Below are positions 27,605 to 37,117 of a stretch of 64,000 nt of DNA, piece after piece. Each line of letters begins with the position of its first letter. Positions within the stretch are counted from its first letter, which is position 1. Both the position numbers and the translations under genes were made by a program. The notes below the pieces were generated by a model, which was not told where the DNA came from, did no database searches, and saw only the letters and a list, made by a program, of their open reading frames with translations. The stretch comes from Chloroflexota bacterium (GTDB lineage Bacteria > Chloroflexota > UBA11872 > VXOZ01), in NCBI GenBank assembly GCA_965221905.1, contig OZ244922.1, positions 1,280,001 through 1,344,000 on the forward strand, written 5' to 3'.

Positions 27605-29361
27605 GAGCGGGGCATTGATTCCGGCAGTGAGCGTGCCGCGACATCATCTGGAAGGCCGTTTGTGGAGGCAGCGGCTTGGCTGGTGTACAGCGAGAGCACG
27701 CCGGCCTCGTGCTTTAGCGCGGGCGGCTGCCAATGTGCACGGCGTTCAGTGAGAATATGCTCGATTTCTTCAGGGGACCGTCTTTCTCCATTTACACCCA
27801 CGATCTCCAAGGTGCGCGCGGGCACGTCAATCGAGATGAGGTCGTCACTTTCCACCAATGCGAGCGGACCCCCCAAGGCGGCTTCGGGCATTACGTGACC
27901 GATAGCTGGGCCTTTTGCTGCGCCGGAGTACCGTCCGTCGGTGATGATGGCGGTGCTGGCTTCCAAGTCGGGCCGGGCAGAGATAACGGTAGTGCAGAAG
28001 TACATCTCCGGCATGCCGGAAGAACGCAGCCCTTCATAGCGGATAATCATGATGTCGCCCGGCTTGATCTCGTCACTCTTCACGCCTGCAATGGCGTCGT
28101 CCTCGCAATCATAGGGCACCGCGCGTCCGACCATCTTATGGGTGCGCGGATCGGCGGCAATGTGTTTCATCACCGCTCCCTCAGGCGCCAGGTTGCCGGT
28201 GAGCACGGCAATCGTGCCGCCCGACTTGTAGGGCCGCTCGATTGGATGGAGCACCTCTTCCTTGCGAAGGCCATGGTTATCCAAATAGCCCGCAATTTCG
28301 TCGAACCAGCCGGATTGCTCCAGGTCTACCAGGTTCTCACCGATGGTTTTGCCGGTCACCGTGAGGCAGTCGAGGTAGAGGAACTCTTTAACTTCCTGCA
28401 TTAACGCCGGCACGCCGCCGCAATACCAGACATATTCCACCGGATGGGTGCCGTAGGTCTTCACGTTGGTCAGCACCGGCACCTTCCTGCCGATCTCGTC
28501 AAACTGCTGCGGGCGGATTTCAATGCCCACTTCTTGGGCAATTACCGGCAGGTGGAGCAGAAGGTTGGTGGAGCCGCCGACCGCGGCGTGAAGGACCAGG
28601 GCATTGTGGAACGCCTCCGGCGTCAGGATGTCGCGGGGCCGGATGTTCTTCTCCAGCAAGGTCATCACCTGCTCGCCCGCATCGCGGGCCATGCGGGTTA
28701 GTTCGCGCAGCGGAGCCGGAATGAGCGCGCTCCCAGGCAGCGCCAGACCCAATGCCTCGCTAATCACCTGGTTGCTGCTGGCGGTTCCCATGAACTGACA
28801 GGAACCGGGTGTAGGACAGGCGTGCTTTTGCTTGGCAATCAGCTCTTCCTCGGTAATCTGTCCTTTGTCGCGCATAATGCCCAGTGGATACATCAGTTCG
28901 GAGGACATGTTGCAGGGACCGTTGGTCTGCGTGCCGCCGGGGATGTGGATTGCCGGGAGGTTCACGCGCGCCATGGCCATCAGGTGGCCGGGCACGGCCT
29001 TATCGGCAGTGGATATGCAGACCATGGCGTCGTGCGGGTGGGCCAGAGCGTGAATCTCCGTCATATAGCTGATGATGTCCCGCGAAGGGAGACTGAAGCG
29101 CATGCCGGCATGGGCCTGGGCTATGCCGTCGCAGATATCGGTGCAGTAGAATTCCGCAGGCTTGCCGCCGCGTGTGTAGACGCCAAACTTGGCCTGCTCG
29201 ACAAGGTCGCCGAGGTGCACGCTGGAAGGGTGGGAGCAGCCGGTCACACTCTCCACAAGCACCTGCGGCTTGCCCAGATCGTCTACTGTCCAGTCCATAC
29301 CCATGCGCAGGGCATCGCCCTGGCGGTTGACGTCTCGCAATCTTTGACTCCGCAACGCCAT
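27601..29361 (-). CDS. ilvD: Dihydroxy-acid dehydratase (IlvD/Edd family)
   Basis: DICDGIAQ, DKAVPG, CQFMGTA, GGSTN, GNLAPEGAV, GMPEM, TDGRYSG, GHVMPEA. Start set at MALRSQ. Confidence 0.88.
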   Translation of the reverse strand: MALRSQRLRDVNRQGDALRMGMDWTVDDLGKPQVLVESVTGCSHPSSVHLGDLVEQAKFGVYTRGGKPAEFYCTDICDGIAQAHAGMRFSLPSRDIISYMTEIHALAHPHDAMVCISTADKAVPGHLMAMARVNLPAIHIPGGTQTNGPCNMSSELMYPLGIMRDKGQITEEELIAKQKHACPTPGSCQFMGTASSNQVISEALGLALPGSALIPAPLRELTRMARDAGEQVMTLLEKNIRPRDILTPEAFHNALVLHAAVGGSTNLLLHLPVIAQEVGIEIRPQQFDEIGRKVPVLTNVKTYGTHPVEYVWYCGGVPALMQEVKEFLYLDCLTVTGKTIGENLVDLEQSGWFDEIAGYLDNHGLRKEEVLHPIERPYKSGGTIAVLTGNLAPEGAVMKHIAADPRTHKMVGRAVPYDCEDDAIAGVKSDEIKPGDIMIIRYEGLRSSGMPEMYFCTTVISARPDLEASTAIITDGRYSGAAKGPAIGHVMPEAALGGPLALVESDDLISIDVPARTLEIVGVNGERRSPEEIEHILTERRAHWQPPALKHEAGVLSLYTSQAAASTNGLPDDVAARSLPESMPRS

Positions 29362-29688
29362 TCCCCAAACCTCCCTCAATCTCAAGTTGGGTTGTCCGCT
29401 GCTGTGTTGCTCTCTATTGTACAGAATAGCCGTTTGGTGCATCTTGGAATGAGGTAGTCGGTGAAGGAGGGAGTGGACGCGAAGGCTATTCCAAGCAACT
29501 CTTACATCGTCTTGGCCAATTTGTGGTGGGCAGGCTTGGCGCACTCTACTTTATGCATGCCGAAGGGACATCATAGTGGCGGCGTGCTTTCCGAGTCCCT
29601 GAGAGCTCCTGCATAAACATGGAGTAACTCCTAGAAGTGCATTGATTTCCGGCGGAAGACCGCATAGGGTTAGAACGGGTGGCGCATC

Positions 29689-30810
29689 ATGACCGCAGCG
29701 ACAGCAACTGACCTGGTCCACGCAGCGATCGCGGAAAGAGGCAGGATATCCTTTGCCGAATTCATGCAGATCGCGCTCTATGCACCGGATGTGGGTTACT
29801 ATTCTGCTTCTGCTAGTTATTCACGCGCAGGCGGAAGTTCAGAGCGGAAGTCCCACTCCGGCCCGCCCCACGACTACTATACTGCGCCGCAGCTTCACGC
29901 GGTGTTTGGCACGTACATAGCCCGTCATCTGGCGCAGGTCTGGCAAGAACTTGGCGAGCCACAGCACTTTGACATCGTAGAGATGGGTGCAGGCCGCGGA
30001 ATCCTGGCGTGGGACATTCTCAATGGGTTGCGTAATGAGATGCCGCAGTGTTGGAGATGCGCGCACTACCAGTTGGTGGATCGCGGTCCCGGGCCTAGCT
30101 CCGAGCAGCAGCAGGCGCTCACTGCGGCTTCGGCGCATGACGTTGTCATCGGTCAAACGCTCACGGCGCCGGTAGTCGGTGTCGTGCTCTCGAACGAACT
30201 GCTGGATGCGCTGCCGGTGCATCGGGTACGACTCAATGGCGGTGCTTTGCGGGAGGTCTACGTAGCGGAGCGCGATGGTCGACTGCGGGAGGAATTTGAC
30301 GACCCATCCTGCCCGGAACTTGGAGCCTACGTGGAGCGCTTGGGCCGGCCGCCGGTAGGCTGGCAAGGTGAGATTTGCCTGGCAGCCCCGGCATGGCTTC
30401 AGACAGTTGCGGAAAAACTGACACGAGGTGCGGTGATTACGATAGACTACGGTGCGACGTGGGAGGAGTTGTGCGGCTCACGGCATTTGGGCGGTACCCT
30501 CGCTTGCTACTACCGCCACCGCGTCAGTAAGGATCCCTATTGCCGCATCGGCACTCAGGATATCACCGCCCACGTGAACTTTTCCGCGCTAATGGAGTAT
30601 GGTGAAAGTGTTGGCCTGTCCACGATACGTTATCAGTCTCAGGCGGAATACCTGATGGACTTGGGAATTGGCGAGCAATTGGCTGAACTCGCTCGCCAGC
30701 CTGCTACCACAGAGTCGATACGAGCGAAGCGTGCGATCACTGATCTCATCTGGCCCGACGGCCTTGGAGGCTTTCGTGTCTTGGTTCAGGAAAAGGGTGT
30801 GCTATACTAG
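29689..30810 (+). CDS. SAM-dependent methyltransferase, MidA/NDUFAF7 family
   Basis: FAEFMQIALY, DYYTAP, EMGAGRG, SNELLDALP, IDYG, QDITAHVNF. Confidence 0.9.
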   Translation: MTAATATDLVHAAIAERGRISFAEFMQIALYAPDVGYYSASASYSRAGGSSERKSHSGPPHDYYTAPQLHAVFGTYIARHLAQVWQELGEPQHFDIVEMGAGRGILAWDILNGLRNEMPQCWRCAHYQLVDRGPGPSSEQQQALTAASAHDVVIGQTLTAPVVGVVLSNELLDALPVHRVRLNGGALREVYVAERDGRLREEFDDPSCPELGAYVERLGRPPVGWQGEICLAAPAWLQTVAEKLTRGAVITIDYGATWEELCGSRHLGGTLACYYRHRVSKDPYCRIGTQDITAHVNFSALMEYGESVGLSTIRYQSQAEYLMDLGIGEQLAELARQPATTESIRAKRAITDLIWPDGLGGFRVLVQEKGVLY

Positions 30811-30962
30811 CTAGCGTTCGCTTTGATTTGCCCCTGCTCGTAACGCCGCAATTGTGTCTCCCATGGACCATAGACCAATGTGATGCGCTCGGCAGCGAGT
30901 GCATTAGCTACGGACCACCCGGCGTCAACACTTGGCAATAACAGAACGAGGATCGTCTGCGA

Positions 30963-32246
30963 ATGGGAAAGCTAGCCTTGACCGGTGGAACGCCGCTCGT
31001 TGATTCGCCGTTGGGGGCAACCTGGCCGGTGTACGATGAACGCGACGAGCGGGCGCTTCATGACGTGTTGCAGAGCCGGTCCTGGACACGTTCTAAGTTT
31101 CAAGGGGAAGAGTCGTGGGTGTGGCGATTTGAAGAGGCCTTTGCTGCGTTTCAAGACGCACGGCACGGCGTGGCGGTGGCGACAGGGTCGATAGGCATGG
31201 AACTGGCCCTGAAGGCAGTAGGCGTCGAGCCCGGCGATGAAGTCATCATTCCGGCGGCTACGTGGATAACTGTGGCCACGGCAGTAGTCGCCGTTGGCGC
31301 CGCGCCAGTGTTTGTTGACATCGACCCCGGTACGTTCAACATCGACGCCGGCAAGATCGCTGACGCGATTACGCCCAAGACCCGGGCGGTTATGTGCGTC
31401 CATAATGGGGGAATGCCCGCCGACATGGATGCTCTGCGGGCTCTCGTTGACAAGCATGGGATCGCGCTCGTCGGCGACTGCGCACATGCGCACGGCAGCC
31501 AATGGCGGGGCCGCGGCGTGGGCGCCATCGAGGACGCGGGCGCGTTCAGCTTTCAGGGAAGTAAAGTGGTAGCCTTGGGTGAAGGCGGCATGGTGCTCAC
31601 CGACCGCGACGACTTGCAAGAGCGGCTATACGGCTTGCACCACGTGAACGGCGTGAACGGACGTCCGATGCCGGCGCAATCGCTGCCCGCCACCAACCTG
31701 CGCATGACGGAGTGGATCGGCGCCCTCGGCATCGCGGCCATGGAGCGGTTACCGGAGCAAATTGCCATCCGTGAGGCAAACGTGCGCTATCTGATACAGG
31801 GATTGGCCGAAATACCGGGTGTGGATAGTCTCGTTTGGGACCCACGTGTGACGCGCTGGAGCTTCTACATCTGGCATTGGCGTTTCTTGGGTGCGAAATT
31901 CGAGGGTATTCAACGCGACACCTTCCTGGCCGCGCTGAAGGGCGAAGGTGTACCGACAAGTACTGGCCAGACTGCGCCGCTCTACCGGCATCCGGCGCTC
32001 ACCGAAATGAATTTCGGTCGTACCGGCTTCCCGTTCAACGAGCGGGTGTACGGGCGTGCGATAGACTATGCCGGCATCTGCTGTCCGGAAACGGAGCGCA
32101 TTGCCGCAGATGAAGCGCTGTCGTTTTCCCATACACTCTTCTTAGGACCGCAAAAGCACATGGACATGATTCTTGACGCTATCCGGAAGATTCGGGAAAA
32201 TGTCGCTGAACTGCATGCCTGGGAGCGTGCGCATGGGAGTGCCTAG
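30963..32246 (+). CDS. DegT/DnrJ/EryC1/StrS family PLP aminotransferase
   Basis: GDEVIIP, DCAHAHG, FSFQGSK (PLP lysine), GEGG, NLRMTE. Confidence 0.92.
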   Translation: MGKLALTGGTPLVDSPLGATWPVYDERDERALHDVLQSRSWTRSKFQGEESWVWRFEEAFAAFQDARHGVAVATGSIGMELALKAVGVEPGDEVIIPAATWITVATAVVAVGAAPVFVDIDPGTFNIDAGKIADAITPKTRAVMCVHNGGMPADMDALRALVDKHGIALVGDCAHAHGSQWRGRGVGAIEDAGAFSFQGSKVVALGEGGMVLTDRDDLQERLYGLHHVNGVNGRPMPAQSLPATNLRMTEWIGALGIAAMERLPEQIAIREANVRYLIQGLAEIPGVDSLVWDPRVTRWSFYIWHWRFLGAKFEGIQRDTFLAALKGEGVPTSTGQTAPLYRHPALTEMNFGRTGFPFNERVYGRAIDYAGICCPETERIAADEALSFSHTLFLGPQKHMDMILDAIRKIRENVAELHAWERAHGSA

Positions 32247-32414
32247 CCCGCGTGACGTAGCGCAGGTGCATGTTGTGGCGCGAACGCCACGAGCGGGTGT
32301 GTAGGATGAGTGTGAAGTGGAGTCCCGGTCGGATTGCGGAAGTTTGTTTTTCTGATGCCGTAGTGCACAGTGTAGTGTAGGCGTAGTTGTAGCAAGTAAT
32401 GCAGGTGATTAACA

Positions 32415-34508
32415 TTGGCAAAACGAAAATTACTCGTCGTTGAGTCGCCAACCAAAGCGCGGACAATCAAGAAATTCCTTGGCCGCAACTATGCGGTCGA
32501 GTCTTCGATGGGGCACGTGCGGGACCTCCCCAAGAGCAAGCTTGGTGTGGAGGTTGAGAATGACTTTGCTCCCTCATACGTGGTACCGCGCGACAAGAGT
32601 GCCACTGTCAAGAAGCTGACCGAAAATGCACTGAAGGCGAGCGAGATCTTGCTCGCCACCGACCCTGATCGCGAGGGAGAGGCCATAGCGTGGCATCTGC
32701 TCGAGGCGCTCAAGCGGAAGACGAAGAACCAGGACCTGACCGCAAAACGTGTCGTCTTTCATGAGATTACCCAGGACGCGGTGCAGCACGCTTTGTCCGA
32801 ACCACGCGAAATCAACGCTGACTTAGTGGATGCGCAGCAAGCGCGCCGCGTGCTCGATCGTCTTGTCGGCTATAAGATGAGCCCATTTCTCTGGCGCAAA
32901 GTTCAGCGCGGGCTATCGGCGGGAAGAGTGCAATCGGTGGCGCTGCGTCTCATCGTCGATCGCGAGCGCGAGATCGAGGCTTTCAAACCGCAGGAGTATT
33001 GGTCGCTTCACGCCAACCTCGCTAAGAGGCCGGCCGAGGGTGCGCAGGACGTGTTCGACGCCGAACTCGTGCAGTTAGAGGGCAAGAAGCCTGAAATCAG
33101 CGATGGAGAAACTGTGGAGGGCATAGTTTCGGACCTTGACGGGGGCGACAGAGTCGCAGTCGCTACCTGGCCGGTGCAGAAAATCTCGGTGCGGGAAAGA
33201 AGACGCCGGCCGAGCGCGCCGTATACTACAAGCACGCTGCAGCAGGATGGCTCGCGCCGCTTGAACTACAGTGCTGCGCGCACTATGCGGCTGGCTCAAC
33301 AACTCTATGAGGGCATTGAAATCGGTGGCGAAGGTCAGGTGGGCCTCATCACCTACATGCGTACCGATTCGGTGCAGGTGAGTAGTGAGGCTATCGCGCA
33401 GGTGCGCCAGTATATCGGAGAGAGGTACGGCGCGGACGAGGTGCCGGAGAATCCGAATCGCTATACCTCACGAGTGAAGAACGCCCAGGAAGCTCACGAG
33501 GCAATACGCCCCACCAGCCCCTTTCGCACGCCCGAGCAGATGAGGGAGTTCTTGGATGCCAACCAGCTCAAGCTCTATACGCTCATATGGCAGCGATTCG
33601 TTTCCAGCCAGATGCGTCCGGCTCTGTTAGAAACAAGATCAGTGGACGTTGTACCCCAGCGCGACGGGTCTGACTTGAAATACCGCTTCAGAGCGTCGGC
33701 TACGCGCGTCAAGTTTCCCGGCTTCTATCAGGTCTATCGCGCGGATGAGGAAGAAGAAGACGAGAGGAAGTCTCTGCCCCTATTGGAGGAAGGCGAGGTT
33801 TTGGATCTCCGCAAGCTCACGCCGGAGCAGCACTTCACCCAGCCGCCACCGCGATTCACTGAGGCTAGCCTAATCAAGGGACTTGAAGAGGAGGGTATTG
33901 GTCGGCCGAGCACCTATGCGCCCATCCTTTCAGTGATTCAAGAGCGTACCTATGTCGAGCGCGAACGGCGTACCCTCAAGCCCACTGAACTAGGAATTAT
34001 TGTGCGGGATATCCTGGTGAAACATTTCCCGGATATTATCAAGCCCGAGTTCACGGCGGCGATGGAAGAGGACCTGGATGCCATCTCCCGTGGTGAGAAG
34101 CAGTGGACTCCCGTCCTGAAGGAGTTTTACGGTGGCTTCAGCGCGGCATTGGAGAAGGCGGACCTTGAGGCAGAGCGGGTACAGCGCCCGGTGGAAGAGA
34201 CCGGCGAGATGTGTGAGCTGTGCGGCAAGCCGCTTCTCCTTCGCGAGGGGCGTTTTGGCAAATTCATCGGCTGCAGCGGCTTTCCGCAATGCCGCAATAC
34301 CAAGCCATTCTTGGATACTATTGGCGTAAATTGCCCGCAGTGCGGTCAAGGTGAGGTAGTGCGCAAACGTAATAAGCGGCGCAGCGTCTTCTATAGCTGC
34401 TCTCGCTACCCAGACTGCGAGTACGCGAGTTCGCGTCCGCCTGCCGCCCCTAAGGACACTGCTGACGAAGCACCCGCGAAGGAACCGGCAGAAGTGGCGG
34501 GCGACTAG
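32415..34508 (+). CDS. topA: DNA topoisomerase I
   Basis: VESPTKA, TDPDREGEAI, SAGRVQS, ITYMRTDS, AQEAHEAIRP, GIGRPSTYA, two C4 zinc ribbons. Confidence 0.97.
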   Translation: MAKRKLLVVESPTKARTIKKFLGRNYAVESSMGHVRDLPKSKLGVEVENDFAPSYVVPRDKSATVKKLTENALKASEILLATDPDREGEAIAWHLLEALKRKTKNQDLTAKRVVFHEITQDAVQHALSEPREINADLVDAQQARRVLDRLVGYKMSPFLWRKVQRGLSAGRVQSVALRLIVDREREIEAFKPQEYWSLHANLAKRPAEGAQDVFDAELVQLEGKKPEISDGETVEGIVSDLDGGDRVAVATWPVQKISVRERRRRPSAPYTTSTLQQDGSRRLNYSAARTMRLAQQLYEGIEIGGEGQVGLITYMRTDSVQVSSEAIAQVRQYIGERYGADEVPENPNRYTSRVKNAQEAHEAIRPTSPFRTPEQMREFLDANQLKLYTLIWQRFVSSQMRPALLETRSVDVVPQRDGSDLKYRFRASATRVKFPGFYQVYRADEEEEDERKSLPLLEEGEVLDLRKLTPEQHFTQPPPRFTEASLIKGLEEEGIGRPSTYAPILSVIQERTYVERERRTLKPTELGIIVRDILVKHFPDIIKPEFTAAMEEDLDAISRGEKQWTPVLKEFYGGFSAALEKADLEAERVQRPVEETGEMCELCGKPLLLREGRFGKFIGCSGFPQCRNTKPFLDTIGVNCPQCGQGEVVRKRNKRRSVFYSCSRYPDCEYASSRPPAAPKDTADEAPAKEPAEVAGD

Positions 34509-34644
34509 TCGGCAAAGACCATCCTCGGGCAGCGAAGGTGCCTAGCTGCGCACGCCATTCGCCGCCACATAGAGAGTTTCTCTATCTATGCGCCAAATAC
34601 GCTTGTTGCGCTATTTGGCCCACTGCGCCCTTCATTCCTGTCTT

Positions 34645-35838
34645 TCACTCCGCTCCGGGCACGTCGCTTTCTTCGCTCTGAGCGGTGCGCAATGACTCTA
34701 GCTTGAGCAGTTGCCGTTCTAATGCGCGGCGGCGGGTACCGGTGAGCGTGTCGAAGTCATTGGCAACACGCTGAAAGTCGCTCTCCAGTTTATCCAGGGC
34801 CTCCGCGTAGCGCGACCACTCTTTGGAAAGTGCGCTCCACAGGGTGAGCATCTCACCGGCTGTTTGCTGTAGCGAAAAGACCTCTGCCGCTTGCCGAATC
34901 ACGCTGAGCACACCGAACAGGCTGTACGGTGAGCAGAGCACGACACGGCTTTCCAGGCTGTTCTCGAGCAGCGTGCGATCGTGCTGCAGGATAAAGCCGT
35001 ACACCTGCTCCAAAGGAATGAAAAGCAGAACGCAGTCTATGGTGTTGGCTGCCGGGTCAATGTAATCTCGTGAGGTTACCGCCTTGACGTGACTGCGCAC
35101 GTCGCGAAAGAATTGCTTCTCCAAGCGGTCTCGTTCGGTATCTGAATCCGCTTCCAAAGCCCGCAGATAGTTATCGAGCGGGAACTTCACATCCATATTG
35201 AGGAACTGGTCTTTAGGCAGCCTGAAGGTGAAGTCGGGTCGCGTGCCTGTCGCGGTGGTCGTCTGCTTCGTGTAATGAATATTCGGCAGCAAGCCCGCCG
35301 CTTGCAGTACGTCCTCGGCCATGCGCTCACCCCAGGCGCCCCGCGCGCGGCTGTTGGCAAGGGTTTCGCGAAGCGTGTTAGTGGTTTCCGATAGGCGTTT
35401 GGTCTGATCGGCAGTATTGCGGATTTCCGTAGTGAGCGCGCCCAACCTTTCCCCGCTTTGCGCCTGCACGTCGGTCATGAGCGCGCGTACCTGGTCCAGT
35501 GTTGCCCCCATCTGATTTAGCTGCTGATCGATCAGGCGCTTCTTGCTATCAAATTCCTGGGTGTTTTGGGTCTGCTGGGCGCCGAGCTGGCTCTTGGCAA
35601 TCTCCACCAACTGACTTGTGCTCTGATTGAGCGCTTGGAGGGAGAGGCTGCTGAACTGATCGGCCATGTGCTGCAACAGTGTCTGAATGTGCTCTTGCTG
35701 GGCGCGTTCGGACTGCTCGCGAATGCGCTCGCCAATGGCTTCGGCCGTGCGTTTGCGCCACACACCTACGAGCATAGCAAGCGCAAGACCGAGGAAAATC
35801 CCCACTGCACCGCCAACGACGAGTGAAACGATATCCAT
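34645..35838 (-). CDS. rmuC: DNA recombination protein RmuC
   Basis: N-terminal TM plus coiled coil, RGAWGE, RPDF, DVKFPL, LFIP. Confidence 0.9.
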   Translation of the reverse strand: MDIVSLVVGGAVGIFLGLALAMLVGVWRKRTAEAIGERIREQSERAQQEHIQTLLQHMADQFSSLSLQALNQSTSQLVEIAKSQLGAQQTQNTQEFDSKKRLIDQQLNQMGATLDQVRALMTDVQAQSGERLGALTTEIRNTADQTKRLSETTNTLRETLANSRARGAWGERMAEDVLQAAGLLPNIHYTKQTTTATGTRPDFTFRLPKDQFLNMDVKFPLDNYLRALEADSDTERDRLEKQFFRDVRSHVKAVTSRDYIDPAANTIDCVLLFIPLEQVYGFILQHDRTLLENSLESRVVLCSPYSLFGVLSVIRQAAEVFSLQQTAGEMLTLWSALSKEWSRYAEALDKLESDFQRVANDFDTLTGTRRRALERQLLKLESLRTAQSEESDVPGAE

Positions 35839-35935
35839 TTCTACTCCGTAGAAGCCGTATTTGCTTGCTTGACATATGAGGCAAGCAGCCTCATTGCTGT
35901 AGCTAAAGCACTATCCAAAAGGCCCGTCTGCGGCA

Positions 35936-36730
35936 TCACGCCAGGCCCCGGCGCGCGCCGGCATCGATGTCAATAGACGTGCCGGTGATCATGGCTGCGC
36001 GGTCCGACACCAGGAATGCCACCAGATTGGCTACGTCCTCAGGCATGGTCACACGGCCGAGCGGATTGGGGGCACGCATATCGGCCGCCGCCTGTTCTGC
36101 GGGAGTGCCGCGTAGCCGTTCGTTCTGCCGGGCCATATCATCGATCAGTCCGGTTTCAGTGAGACCGGGGTTTACCATCACGATGCGAATGTGGTGCTCC
36201 GCGACCTCATCGGCAAGTGTCTTTGTAAATGCCAGGAGCCCGGCATTCATCACACTGGCAATTGCCAATTGAGTCGAGGGATCGTGGGCAGAACCGCCGC
36301 CAATAAGGACAATTGCGCCCCCGCCGCTTTGCCGCATGTACGGGACGGCTTCCCGTGCAGAGCGAATGTAGCCAAGTAACTTGAGGCGGATTTGCTCCTC
36401 CCAGGCAGCGTCCGGCACGTCCAGGTTGCCGCCGACGATGCCTCCGCCCGCACATGCTACCAGAATGTCGAGCCGCCCGAGTTCGGTATTGACTCTCTGC
36501 AGTGCGCCCTGCAGAGCACTCAAATCCGTAACGTCCGCGGCAATGCCGATTGCCCGGCGCCCCGTCTCACGCGCGATAGCGGCCCCGGTCTCTTCAAGGT
36601 CGTGAGACGTGCGCGCGATTAGGGCCACGTCCGCCCCCTGTTGGGCCAGTGACCGCCCGATTGCTTTGCCTATACCGCGGCTGCCGCCCGTGATGACGGC
36701 TCCGCGCCCCGCGAGACTTTGCGTATCCAC
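35936..36730 (-). CDS. SDR family oxidoreductase (atypical active site)
   Basis: TGGSRGIG, DILVACAG, VNPG, ITG..I.IDAG. Canonical YxxxK not seen. Confidence 0.88.
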   Translation of the reverse strand: MDTQSLAGRGAVITGGSRGIGKAIGRSLAQQGADVALIARTSHDLEETGAAIARETGRRAIGIAADVTDLSALQGALQRVNTELGRLDILVACAGGGIVGGNLDVPDAAWEEQIRLKLLGYIRSAREAVPYMRQSGGGAIVLIGGGSAHDPSTQLAIASVMNAGLLAFTKTLADEVAEHHIRIVMVNPGLTETGLIDDMARQNERLRGTPAEQAAADMRAPNPLGRVTMPEDVANLVAFLVSDRAAMITGTSIDIDAGARRGLA

Positions 36731-37117
36731 ATTTTCCTCCTGATTGTGCAAGTTTGGAACAGACTACGGTACACGCACATCTTTGGTAATGAAATATCTA
36801 TGTTGAAAGATTTGAATATAAAATGTACAATTGACCAAGAGATTCAGCAAAAGTATTGCAGGTTCTTGAATAGCAATCTATAATACGTCTAATACAACAG
36901 TACGGTATCGTGTTTGTGAAAAGTTTGGTGCGGCGCAAAGTGTGGAATTGCGAGGAGCAGCGGGCCTTTCAATGGCTTCACAGTTTAGGCTGGTATACTT
37001 GAATAAACGTACACTTCTCTATTTTAACGCTTAAGGCACCTGTTTCGTCTACAGCAATCAACGAAGAGATACCCTACCGAGAGTTGCAGCTTTTCAACGC
37101 AGTATGGAGACAGCACT

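Noticed and set aside
32358-32400. Cluster of GTAG tetramers upstream of topA
   Set aside because: Short, irregularly spaced and without a hairpin; cannot be told apart from low-complexity sequence.
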